A stretch of DNA of 64,000 bases from Gammaproteobacteria bacterium (GTDB lineage: Bacteria > Pseudomonadota > Gammaproteobacteria > Eutrophobiales > Eutrophobiaceae): positions 2,588,104 to 2,652,103 of the forward strand of contig OZ244846.1 in assembly GCA_965220815.1 (NCBI GenBank). Direction: 5' to 3'. The notes under the pieces were generated by a model. It saw only the letters and a list, made by a program, of their open reading frames with translations. It was not told the DNA's origin and did no database searches. Both the position numbers and the translations under genes were made by a program. Within the stretch, counting starts at the first letter, position 1, and every line of letters begins with the position of its first letter. Shown here piece by piece: positions 30,181 to 39,223 of this stretch.

Positions 30181-31411
30181 AGTCCTGAGACTAGCAAACG
30201 CGCTGGGTCTGCGCCCAGACACAGTGGAGAAAGATTATGTCCTAGGTTGGATTTTATATGGGATATACCACCATGAAAGAATATCGTCATGGGTGTTTAA
30301 AGGTGGAACAAGCCTGAAAAAGTGTTTTTTTGAAACCTATCGGTTTTCAGAAGATTTAGATTTTACTGTCACAGATCCAAGCCAATTAACGCAAGAATTT
30401 TTACAATCAGCATTCGATGAAATCACTAAGTTTCTCTATGATGAAGTCGGAATAGTATTTTTTCCGGACAGATTCAATTTCAAGATTATTCCTAAAGATA
30501 ACGGTCAAGTATCTGTACAGGCGAAAATTCATTATAACGGTCCATTGCGAAGAACACTGGGAGTTGCATCAATTAAGTTGGATTTAACTACCGATGAAAT
30601 ATTAGTACTAAGTCCAGTCCGTAAAAGTGTCCATCATCCCTATACTGATAAACCCGATGATGGTATTTACGTAAATTGTTATGCCTTTGAAGAGGTGGTT
30701 GCAGAAAAGATACGCGCTCTCAGCGAACGTGCACGACCGCGTGATCTATATGATGTAGTCCATTTTTTCCGTAACCGTGACATGATTCAAGACTCAATAT
30801 TAGTATATGAAGTGCTACAAAAAAAATGTGACTATAAAGCCATTGAAGTCCCAACATTTCAGCAAATTGTGGCACACGAAAAAATTGACGAGTTAGAAAC
30901 TCAATGGGAAAATATGTTGGCTCATCAATTAGCCCATTTACCGCCGATGCAGGCCTTTTGGGATGACTTGCCACTATTTTTTGAATGGTTAACAAACCGG
31001 TTAGATGTATCGCCAACCACGAGTAATTATGCCAGAGCCGGTGAGACATTATTTCAACCTGGGCGTGTAACTAGTGCCTTCACCGTTGACAGAATTTTGC
31101 AGAATATCCAGTTTGCTTCAGCTAATCGTTTATGTGTCTATGTGCAATATAATAATAAGTATCGCACTATTGAACCCTTATCATTTCGAACGTCTAGTGC
31201 TGGGAGCCGTTTGTTTTATGGCTATGAACGAGAAGCAGGTCACGTCAAGGCTTATACCTTGTCAAAGATACAATCCGTTGATATTACAGAACAGTCGTAT
31301 ATTGAAAGATATCCGGTCGAAATCAGCTCAACCGGTACAATTTCAATGCCGCCAATTAGAAGAGTGATTCAAACTAGTCAACATAGTCGAACAACACGTC
31401 GCTCACTTTAA
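30164..31411 (+). CDS. AbiEii/AbiGii-family nucleotidyltransferase toxin with C-terminal WYL-like domain
   Basis: VEKDYVL, FKGGTSL, RFSEDLDF and EKIRAL...RPRDLYD. C-terminus IQFASANRLCVYVQYNNKYRTIEPLSF...LFYGYE...VKAYTLSKIQSV follows the WYL pattern. Confidence 0.88.
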   Translation: MIEKNEVLRLANALGLRPDTVEKDYVLGWILYGIYHHERISSWVFKGGTSLKKCFFETYRFSEDLDFTVTDPSQLTQEFLQSAFDEITKFLYDEVGIVFFPDRFNFKIIPKDNGQVSVQAKIHYNGPLRRTLGVASIKLDLTTDEILVLSPVRKSVHHPYTDKPDDGIYVNCYAFEEVVAEKIRALSERARPRDLYDVVHFFRNRDMIQDSILVYEVLQKKCDYKAIEVPTFQQIVAHEKIDELETQWENMLAHQLAHLPPMQAFWDDLPLFFEWLTNRLDVSPTTSNYARAGETLFQPGRVTSAFTVDRILQNIQFASANRLCVYVQYNNKYRTIEPLSFRTSSAGSRLFYGYEREAGHVKAYTLSKIQSVDITEQSYIERYPVEISSTGTISMPPIRRVIQTSQHSRTTRRSL

Positions 31412-31628
31412 ACGTGGTTCTACCTCACCTGAACGCGCCGCCGTCAATACCATAAAATGAAAGACCAGTTTTGTCACAAGGCTGGAACTGGATTGATCTA
31501 CCGCTTCCAGGGTCGTGCTGACTTAGTGATAGGGCGGGGCCTTTAAATACTGGCGCGGCTTGCCGTTCATGCGGACTCGCTGCATCCGGGATTTTGCCGC
31601 GCGCCCGTTTCGTGCTATCTTTTTGAAA

Positions 31629-31702
31629 TGGCTGGGGGCAGAGGATTCGAACCTCTACTGGCGGAGTCAGAGTCCGCTGTCCTGCCGTTAGACGAGCCCC
31701 CA
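31629..31702 (-). tRNA. tRNA-Gln (anticodon CTG)
   Basis: TGGGGGC/GCCCCCA acceptor stem, GCGGA-CTCTGAC-TCCGC anticodon arm, GGTTCGAATCC T-loop and encoded CCA; 74 nt. Confidence 0.97.
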
Positions 31703-31735
31703 TCTGTGCTACGTTTCATATTATAACAGGAGAAA

Positions 31736-31759
31736 GGGGACGGACTTAAATCTGTCCCC
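31736..31759. repeat. REP-like palindrome family C
   Basis: GGGGACGGACTTAAATCTGTCCCC between the divergent tRNA and npdG. Confidence 0.75.
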
Positions 31760-31764
31760 AGGAC

Positions 31765-32439
31765 ATGAGCAGGAAAAAAATAGCCATCCTGGGCGGCACA
31801 GGAAATCTGGGATATGGTCTGGCCTGGCGCTGGGCCAGGGCCGGGCATGAGGTGATCATCGGCTCCCGGGTTGCTGAAAAAGCGCAGAACGCGGCGGCTG
31901 AGCTCAACAAAAAGCCCGGCGCCGGATCAATTAAGGGCGCCGACAATCTTTCTGCGACGAGACAGGCGGAAGTTGTGGTGCTGACTGTTCCTTTCGCCGC
32001 TCATGCAGCCACCCTGGAGAGCATCATGCCGGGCCTGTCCGGGCAGGTCCTGATAGATACCACGGTGCCGCTCATGCCGCCGAAAGTAGCCGTAGTCCAG
32101 TTGCCTGAACAGGGTAGCGCCGCGGTCATCACCCGCGAGACAGTAGGCGACCGGGCGCGGGTTGCCGCGGCATACCACAACGTGGCCGCCAACCTGCTCG
32201 AGCGGGACGTCGAGATAGATTGCGACATCCTGGTAACCGGCGACGACCCGGAAACCCGCAAGGAAGTCATGCAACTGGTTGAAGACAGCGATTGCCGCGC
32301 CATCAACGCCGGTAAACTGGCCAACGCCGCGGCTGCCGAGGCATTGACCAGCCTGCTAATCCATATCAACAGGGCCTACAAGACTCCGCATTCCGGCATT
32401 CGTATTACCGGTATCGGTGGGAATTTGGGATCGGGGTAG
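31765..32439 (+). CDS. npdG: NADPH-dependent F420 reductase
   Basis: ILGGTGNLGYGLAWRWA, IIGSR, DTTVPL, GSAA, YHNVAA and EALTSLLIHIN. Confidence 0.9.
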   Translation: MSRKKIAILGGTGNLGYGLAWRWARAGHEVIIGSRVAEKAQNAAAELNKKPGAGSIKGADNLSATRQAEVVVLTVPFAAHAATLESIMPGLSGQVLIDTTVPLMPPKVAVVQLPEQGSAAVITRETVGDRARVAAAYHNVAANLLERDVEIDCDILVTGDDPETRKEVMQLVEDSDCRAINAGKLANAAAAEALTSLLIHINRAYKTPHSGIRITGIGGNLGSG

Positions 32440-32446
32440 GATATTT

Positions 32447-32488
32447 GGGGTCAGAGTAAAAATTCTTCGAATTTCTTACTCTGACCCC
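32447..32488. repeat. REP-like palindrome family D
   Basis: GGGGTCAGAGTAA...TTACTCTGACCCC, second copy at 61050; followed by a family A arm remnant TTCATCTGCGGATAAAT (32493-32509). Confidence 0.8.
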
Positions 32489-32513
32489 GGAATTCATCTG
32501 CGGATAAATTCAT

Positions 32514-33146
32514 ATGTGGGCGATTCTACCCGTAAAGCGGCTGGAGCATTCCAAATTGCGGCTTGCCGGCATGTTGACGCCGGTGCAGCGCCGGCAACTA
32601 AGCCTGTGCATGCTGGAAGATATACTCGGTGCCCTGGACAGCGCCTCCGTGGTCAGCGGCATTACGGTGGTCAGTTGCGATACGGACGTCATCCAGACGG
32701 CACTCGGGCAGGGAACCGGAGTGCTGGACACCGGGGCCGACGCCGGGTATGCCGAGGACGTCCTCAAAGGCGTCGAATATATCAGCGGCAAAGGCGTTGA
32801 CAGGGCGCTCGTCATCCCGGCGGACGTACCGGAGCTCGATCACACGGATTTAACCAGCCTGGACCAGGTTCATACGGAAGGCGTCACCTTGTGCCCTGCC
32901 GCCAACGACGGTGGCACCAACGGCCTGGTATTTACCCCGCCCCTTGTCATAAGCCTGATGTACGGCGAGAACAGCTTTGCTGGATTCTGCAAGGAAGCGG
33001 AAAAACGGCAGGTCCCGGTCAGGGTCGCAAGACCACCAGGCCTGGCCCGTGATATTGACCGTCCCGACGACCTGCTGGCTCTGCAGAACCGGCCCACCGG
33101 CAACGGGACCTGGCGCTATCTCAGATCGCTGACGTTACCTGTCTGA
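32514..33146 (+). CDS. cofC: F420 biosynthesis guanylyltransferase CofC/FbiD
   Basis: ILPVKRLEHSKLRL, IPADVP, DGGTN, YGENSF and DIDRPDDL; adjacent to npdG. Confidence 0.88.
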   Translation: MWAILPVKRLEHSKLRLAGMLTPVQRRQLSLCMLEDILGALDSASVVSGITVVSCDTDVIQTALGQGTGVLDTGADAGYAEDVLKGVEYISGKGVDRALVIPADVPELDHTDLTSLDQVHTEGVTLCPAANDGGTNGLVFTPPLVISLMYGENSFAGFCKEAEKRQVPVRVARPPGLARDIDRPDDLLALQNRPTGNGTWRYLRSLTLPV

Positions 33147-33236
33147 GTTTTACAGCAACCCAACTTATGCCGATTGGCGGCATTGCATTTATTCTCATAA
33201 TATATAATCTAAGTAGAGACCCAACAGGAGAAGCCA

Positions 33237-33974
33237 ATGGCTGTCATCGACCTGACCCTGCCCATCAATCGCCATATGCGGGGCATCCCGGACCTGCGCG
33301 AGTATGAGGAAAATCCCACCCGCTGCGTCGTGTTGTCCTGCATGGGGGAAGTGCAGAAGGCATACCTGGAAAGCCGCGACATCGAACTGGATGAAAACGT
33401 CGAATTTACCCCGCACATGCTGTCCCGGCTGGAGATCCTCACCCATATCGGCACCCATATCGATGCGCCCTGCCATTTCCTCGAATCCGGCGGCTGGACG
33501 GTGGAACAGATCCCCCTGGACCACACCATCGGCAGAGGCGTAGTAGTGCCCTTGACCCACCTGCAGGGACGGGAGCGTATTACCGCCGATGAGCTCATCA
33601 AGACCGGGGTTCAGCTCAACGCCGGCGTCATCCCCGTCCTGTACACCGGCTGGACGGAACGGGCCTGGGGCACAGATGAATTCTGGGGCGAATCCATATT
33701 CCTGGACACCACGGCGGCGGAATACATCGTGGAAAAAGGCTGCAAGGCGGTGGCCCTGGACTGCTTCCCCGAAGCGCCGTTCTGGCTCGGCATCGAGGCG
33801 GACCAGCCGCCCGGACGCAACCACAAGACCCTGCTGGGCAACAAGACCATCATCATCCAGTTGCTCACCAATATCGGCAAGCTCAACGGCAGCGAGTTCA
33901 CCCTGTACGGCATCCCTCTGCCCCTGGACGGCATGGACGGCTCCCCCGCCAGGGTCTTTGCCATTACGGAATGA
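33237..33974 (+). CDS. Cyclase family (kynurenine formamidase-like) metal hydrolase
   Basis: IDLTLPI, HIGTHIDAPCH, LYTGW and DGSPARV. Confidence 0.85.
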   Translation: MAVIDLTLPINRHMRGIPDLREYEENPTRCVVLSCMGEVQKAYLESRDIELDENVEFTPHMLSRLEILTHIGTHIDAPCHFLESGGWTVEQIPLDHTIGRGVVVPLTHLQGRERITADELIKTGVQLNAGVIPVLYTGWTERAWGTDEFWGESIFLDTTAAEYIVEKGCKAVALDCFPEAPFWLGIEADQPPGRNHKTLLGNKTIIIQLLTNIGKLNGSEFTLYGIPLPLDGMDGSPARVFAITE

Positions 33975-34122
33975 TAAAAATATACCATGTCCGCCACACT
34001 CAAAAGGGTTGAGGAACTGTTTTCCGGACTGTCATCCGCCAGGACGGCGGATGACCAAGCGTACAGGGATGTATTCACAGCGTGTCCGGAAAACAGTTCC
34101 CCAACCCGCCCCGGTGTCTCCA

Positions 34123-37100
34123 ATGGCTGAACGATCTTTCGCAAAAGAAGTCCGGATGCTGCGCCTGGGAGAGGGCGGGGAACTGCACGGGGAGGGCATC
34201 CTCGCAGTCACCAAGGCCCTGCTGCAATCCGGTGTCTCCTATATCGGCGGCTACCAGGGTTCACCCATCAGTCATTTAATCGACGTCTTTTCCGATTCCA
34301 GAGAGATCCTGGAAGAACTGGACGTACACTTCGAACAATCCGCCAGCGAGGCCGCGGCGGCCTCCATGCTGGCCGCCTCCATCAATTACCCGCTGCGCGG
34401 CGCGGTGGCCTGGAAATCCACCGTCGGCACCAACGTGGCCTCGGATGCCCTGGCTAACGTCGCTTCCGCCGGGGTCAAGGGCGGCGCGCTCATCATCATC
34501 GGGGAGGACTACGGTGAAGGCGCGTCCATCATGCAGGAACGCTCCCACGCCTTCGCCATGAAATCCCAGATGTGGCTGCTCGACCCCCGGCCCGAACTGA
34601 ACCACATGGCGGACATGGTGGAGAAGGGTTTTGAACTGTCCGAAGCATCGTCCACTCCGGTCATGCTGCAATTACGGGTGCGGGCCTGTCATGTCCACGG
34701 CGTGTTGAATACAAAAGACAACAAACGTCCGGCATTCACCGTGACCGACGCCCTGGACGACCCGGCGCGTGACGTGGAGCGTATCGTCCTGCCCCCGTTC
34801 AATTACCGGCACGAGGTGGAGAAAACCGAACGGCGCTGGCCCGCGGCGCTGAAATTCATAGAGGAAAACAGGCTGAATGACGTGATCGAAGGACGTTTTG
34901 GCGAGATCGGCATTATCGTCCCCGGCGGCCTCTACAACACCCTGAACCGGGCCATGGAGCACGTGGGATGTTCGGACGTGTTCGGCAATAACACCATACC
35001 CATGTATATCCTCAACGTGGCCTATCCCCTGGTGGATGCGGAGGTGGTGCGTTTCTGCCGGGACAAAAAAGCGGTGCTGTTGGTGGAGGAGGGCCAGCCT
35101 GACTACCTGGAACAGAACATCAACACCATCCTCAGACGCCACGACGTGCAGGCCCGGGTGCACGGCAAGGACGTGTTTACCATGGCGGGAGAATACACCT
35201 GCCAGTTGATGGAGCAGGGGCTGCGCGAGTTCCTGGCGCGTTGGAAACCCGACGCCGTCACCGTCCCGCCGTTGGAAAAGGCCAACGGCGCGAACCGGGA
35301 AGAACTGGCGCAACTGGTGCCGCAACGGCCGTCCGGCCTGTGTACCGGATGCCCGGAACGCCCGTTCTTCTCCGCGGTCAAGCTGCTGGAAAAGGAATTC
35401 GGCAAATTGCAGGTGAGCATGGATATCGGCTGCCACTCGTTCGCCACGGTCGCCCCGTTCAATATCGGCAATACCATCACCGGTTACGGCCTGGGACCGT
35501 CCAGCGCCTCGGCCCTGATGGTGCCCCATGAGAAGCGCGCCATGAGCATCATGGGCGATGGCGGCTTCTGGCACAACGGCCTGGCTACCGGCATCGGGAA
35601 CGCGGTGGAAAACGAGCATGACGGCATCATCGTGGTCGTCGATAACGGCTATTCCGCGGCCACGGGCGGTCAGTGGATCCCGTCATCCAAGGCCGATGCG
35701 GAAAGGCGCCAGTACCGGGTGTCCATCGTCGATGCGCTCAAGGGCGCCGGCGTGAGGTGGATCCGGAAAGTCCATACCTATAACATCCAGGAATCCCTGC
35801 ATGCCCTGAGGGAGGCCATGACTACCAGGGACAAGGGTCCGAAACTCATCGTCGCAGAAGGAGAATGCCAGCTTAACCGCCAACGGAGAATCAAACCGCA
35901 GGTAAGGAACCTGCTTAAACAAAAGAAACGTTACGTGCGTGAGCGCTTCGGTATTGATGAAGACACCTGTACCGGCGATCATTCCTGCATCAGGCTGTCC
36001 GGGTGCCCGTCACTCACTATCAAGGATAACCCGGACCCGCTCAGAAAGGACCCCGTGGCGAGTGTCGTCAACAGTTGCGTCGGCTGCGGCGTGTGCGGTG
36101 AGGTGGCCCATGCCGCGGTGCTGTGCCCGTCGTTCTACAAGGCTGATATCGTGTACAACCCCAATATCGCCGACCGGGCGCTGGCGTCCGTGCGTTCATT
36201 CATCATCGGCGGGCTGCAGTCCTGGTCGGACCTGAGCCGGCGCAAACGGACTGTTGGCGCCGGACTTGTCGGGGGCGCCGAAATGTCTATCGGGGACGGA
36301 CCCCCACCTGCAGGGGACGAACTTCAACCCGTCCCCTCCGTCCCGGCAGGCGGGCAGTACGAACCCATCAAAATCGCCATCCTGGCCATGGGCGGGCAGG
36401 GCGGCGGCGTGCTCAGCAACTGGTTGATCCGTGTCGCCGAACGCTCCGGCTACCTGGCGCAGTCCACCTCCGTGCCCGGCGTTGCCCAGCGCACCGGGGC
36501 GACCGTGTATTACCTGGAATTCTTCCCGCGGGATGCCGCCGGGGACGACCCTGCGGTACTGGCCCTGATGCCGGTGCCCGGGCGCGTGGACCTGGTCATA
36601 GCCGGTGAACTCATCGAGGGCGGACGCGCCGTGTTGCGGGGCCTGGTCACGCCGGACCGCACCACCGCGCTGGTGTCAACCCACCGGGACTACGCCATCG
36701 CCGAGAAATCCGCGCCGGGCGACGGGCGCGCCAATACCGGCAGGATCATGGAAGCCGTGACGGAGAATGCAAAACGCTTCATCGGTTTCGACATGGATGC
36801 CCTGGCCGGCAAGACCGGCAGCGTCATCAGTTCCGTACTGCTGGGCGCGGCTGCCGGCAGCGGCGCTTTGCCCTTCAGCCGGGACGCCTTCATCGATGTT
36901 ATCAGGGAAGGCGGCGTGGCCGTGGAGGCCAACCTGAAGGGGTTTGACGCCGGTTATGCCCGCTCACAGGAACGGCAGGAGGAGCAGGAACGGCAGGAGG
37001 CCCCGCGCACGGCTGGAAAGCCGGTGCATAAACACGCACAGGCACTGCTGGACCGGGTCCGGGCGGAGTTCCCGCCGCAGACCCATGAGGTGATTCGGGC

Positions 37101-37842
37101 AGCGGTGGCGAAACTGGCGGATTACCAGGACGTCCGCTACGCGCACCAGTACCTGGACCGGCTGCAACCGGTCCTGGGGGCGGACTCCGCCGACCGGGAC
37201 TACCGGCTGACCGTTGAGACCGCCCGTTACCTGGCCCTGGGGATGGCTTACGAGGACGCCATCCGGGTGGCGGATCTGAAGACCCGTTCCGGCCGTTTTG
37301 CCCGGGTCAGGAAAGAGGTGCAGGCAGAGACCGCCCAGGTCGTCACCTGGCAGGAATTCATGCACCCCAGGGTGCAGGAGATGTGCGACATCATGCCGGC
37401 CTGGAAAGGCGCCCTGCACCTGAAAATCCCGATATTGCGGAGTTTCATCGGCCTGTTCTGCAGGCGCGGCAGGAAGATAAATACCACAAGTCTGTCCGGG
37501 TTCCTGCTGCTCTCCATGCTCGCCGGTCTGCGGGTCACGCGCCGCGGCACCCTGCGTTATAAAACAGAAACCGTTGCCCTGGAGAAGTGGCTGGCAACTG
37601 TACTGTCCTATGCCGCTACCGATTACGATCTGGCTGTGGAAGTCGCGGAATGCCGGCGCCTGGTAAAGGGTTACGGCGAGACCCACGAGAGGGGTACGGC
37701 GAGCTTCAAGCGCATCATGGATGCGTTGGATGCCCTGCGCAAGTGTCCCGGTGCAGCGGCAAAGGTCAGGGAACTGCGCGAAGCGGCGCTTGCTGACGAG
37801 CAGGGCGAAGAGCTGGCAGCGATGCTGAAAAAGGTTGCCTGA
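34123..37842 (+). CDS. Indolepyruvate:ferredoxin oxidoreductase, alpha and beta subunits fused
   Basis: Alpha part GYQGSP, CTGCPER, DIGCH, MGDGG and ferredoxin CVGCGVC; beta part AMGGQGGG, SVPGVAQRTGAT and KGYGETHERG; single frame from MAERSF. Confidence 0.88.
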   Translation: MAERSFAKEVRMLRLGEGGELHGEGILAVTKALLQSGVSYIGGYQGSPISHLIDVFSDSREILEELDVHFEQSASEAAAASMLAASINYPLRGAVAWKSTVGTNVASDALANVASAGVKGGALIIIGEDYGEGASIMQERSHAFAMKSQMWLLDPRPELNHMADMVEKGFELSEASSTPVMLQLRVRACHVHGVLNTKDNKRPAFTVTDALDDPARDVERIVLPPFNYRHEVEKTERRWPAALKFIEENRLNDVIEGRFGEIGIIVPGGLYNTLNRAMEHVGCSDVFGNNTIPMYILNVAYPLVDAEVVRFCRDKKAVLLVEEGQPDYLEQNINTILRRHDVQARVHGKDVFTMAGEYTCQLMEQGLREFLARWKPDAVTVPPLEKANGANREELAQLVPQRPSGLCTGCPERPFFSAVKLLEKEFGKLQVSMDIGCHSFATVAPFNIGNTITGYGLGPSSASALMVPHEKRAMSIMGDGGFWHNGLATGIGNAVENEHDGIIVVVDNGYSAATGGQWIPSSKADAERRQYRVSIVDALKGAGVRWIRKVHTYNIQESLHALREAMTTRDKGPKLIVAEGECQLNRQRRIKPQVRNLLKQKKRYVRERFGIDEDTCTGDHSCIRLSGCPSLTIKDNPDPLRKDPVASVVNSCVGCGVCGEVAHAAVLCPSFYKADIVYNPNIADRALASVRSFIIGGLQSWSDLSRRKRTVGAGLVGGAEMSIGDGPPPAGDELQPVPSVPAGGQYEPIKIAILAMGGQGGGVLSNWLIRVAERSGYLAQSTSVPGVAQRTGATVYYLEFFPRDAAGDDPAVLALMPVPGRVDLVIAGELIEGGRAVLRGLVTPDRTTALVSTHRDYAIAEKSAPGDGRANTGRIMEAVTENAKRFIGFDMDALAGKTGSVISSVLLGAAAGSGALPFSRDAFIDVIREGGVAVEANLKGFDAGYARSQERQEEQERQEAPRTAGKPVHKHAQALLDRVRAEFPPQTHEVIRAAVAKLADYQDVRYAHQYLDRLQPVLGADSADRDYRLTVETARYLALGMAYEDAIRVADLKTRSGRFARVRKEVQAETAQVVTWQEFMHPRVQEMCDIMPAWKGALHLKIPILRSFIGLFCRRGRKINTTSLSGFLLLSMLAGLRVTRRGTLRYKTETVALEKWLATVLSYAATDYDLAVEVAECRRLVKGYGETHERGTASFKRIMDALDALRKCPGAAAKVRELREAALADEQGEELAAMLKKVA

Positions 37843-37853
37843 TATTGCCTGCG

Positions 37854-37948
37854 CGTCATACCGGGCTTGACCCGGCATCCAGTACAATACTGTGTCGGCC
37901 TCCGGGCGACCCTTTATTCACTGGATTCCCGCCTGCGCGGGAATGACG
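37854..37948. repeat. Family B palindromic element (95 bp) overlapping the 3' end of the DUF2784 gene
   Basis: CGTCATACCGGGCTTGACCCGGCATCCAGT...ACTGGATTCCCGCCTGCGCGGGAATGACG; encodes SFPRRRESSE* on the minus strand. Confidence 0.85.
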
Positions 37949-38333
37949 AGGGCGGCGCCAGGCACCAGGCCAGGACCACCAGCGCTGCGAACGCCGTATA
38001 GATCAGCGTAAATACCCAGGCTTCCGCCTGGTAAAAGATCAGCTTGTGCAGCCAGTGCTGGATAAACGAACCGGCATAAGTTGCTTCACCCGCTTTCTCC
38101 CTCAGGTTGTTTTCCCAGATCGTGAGCGGGCAGATAATACCCAGCCAGGCCTGGATGACGACGATGCCAATGGCGCCAAGATGTATGAAACGAAACCACG
38201 GATTCCTGGCCCAGCGCCACTCCCTGACAAAGCCGGCGATAATGAATATCAGGCCGAAAACCACAAAGGCGATAAACAGGGCGTGAATAATCAGCAACCC
38301 GTCGGCGGCAAGCAGTAACCAGGTCGGGGACAA
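37914..38333 (-). CDS. DUF2784-family membrane protein
   Basis: ADGLLIIHALFIAFVVFG, RFIHL, CPLTIWE and SFIQHWLHKLIFY. Confidence 0.8.
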   Translation of the reverse strand: MSPTWLLLAADGLLIIHALFIAFVVFGLIFIIAGFVREWRWARNPWFRFIHLGAIGIVVIQAWLGIICPLTIWENNLREKAGEATYAGSFIQHWLHKLIFYQAEAWVFTLIYTAFAALVVLAWCLAPPSSFPRRRESSE

Positions 38334-38341
38334 GCGTCACC

Positions 38342-39133
38342 TTACCAGCTGTTTCTTATCTCCCGCAGTTTCAGGAAGACCGTTTTTTCGTCTGGTTCGG
38401 CAGGCAGATCGGGAAAATCCTCGCGCAGTTTTTCTATGACTTCCGGGTTTTTCAGGCGGAAGAAGGTGTTGACGGTTTTTTCCATTCCGATGGTGGTGAC
38501 CAGGGCGTCATCCGGGTCCTGGTCGATCAACTCATCCCTTAATGACCGGGCATCGGCATTGCCGGGTTCCCTGCTCAGGGTGAATTGCAGGTTGTTGATG
38601 ATGTAGTCATGGCCGGGATATACCAGGGTATCGTCGGACAGGGCCGCCAACTGGCTGGAAAAAGTCAGGTACAACTCGTTCGGGTGCCCGCCGTTATGGC
38701 AGTTACCCGCCCCCGCGTTGAACAGGGTATCCCCGCAGAACAGGGAAGGTTGATCTGTCCGGGACAACAGGCAGACGTGGCTCATGGTATGACCCGGCGT
38801 ATCCAGCGCTTCCAGTTCCACGGTCCTGCCGACTTTAATGACATCACCCGCGGACAACGGCCTGTCTATCCCGACTATCCTGTCCCTGGCATTTTTGTGA
38901 GCGAGCAACTCCGCGCCCGTCGCGTCTATCATTGCGGCATTGCCGCCCGTGTGGTCGTGATGTTCGTGGGTGTTCAGCACCTGGGTGATTTCCCAGCCCT
39001 GGTCCTGAGCATGGCGCAGGCACTTCTCGTGGTCCAGGGGATCGACGGCCAGCGCTTCGCCGGTGTCAGGGCAGGCAATGAGGTAATTGAAATTACGCCA
39101 GTCGTTACCTGTCCAGATCTGTTCGACAATCAT
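38342..39133 (-). CDS. gloB: Hydroxyacylglutathione hydrolase (glyoxalase II, MBL fold)
   Basis: THEHHDHTGG, TPGHT, GDTLF, PGHDY and EKTVNTFFR. Confidence 0.85.
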   Translation of the reverse strand: MIVEQIWTGNDWRNFNYLIACPDTGEALAVDPLDHEKCLRHAQDQGWEITQVLNTHEHHDHTGGNAAMIDATGAELLAHKNARDRIVGIDRPLSAGDVIKVGRTVELEALDTPGHTMSHVCLLSRTDQPSLFCGDTLFNAGAGNCHNGGHPNELYLTFSSQLAALSDDTLVYPGHDYIINNLQFTLSREPGNADARSLRDELIDQDPDDALVTTIGMEKTVNTFFRLKNPEVIEKLREDFPDLPAEPDEKTVFLKLREIRNSW

Positions 39134-39223
39134 TGATATTATCCGCCGTGAATCACCAGTTATTGCGTCTCTACCAGTTTAACCCATATTGATTACCGGC
39201 ACGCAACTATATATTTTGGGCCA

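Larger units (their letters stand above)
23410..31672. mobile_element. Genomic island integrated at tRNA-Gln(CTG), no integrase visible
   Basis: Bounded by the 46-bp direct repeat; non-IS cargo is markedly AT-rich; TTGTGACTTT tandem repeat next to the att. Confidence 0.85.

Noticed and set aside
31425-31703. 92-aa ORF next to the tRNA as a possible integrase or excisionase
   Set aside because: It runs through the tRNA gene and has no recombinase or HTH motifs.
33589-34122. 178-aa N-terminal extension of the IOR ORF
   Set aside because: Overlaps the cyclase gene in another frame with low-complexity sequence; the family-like start is MAERSF at 34123.
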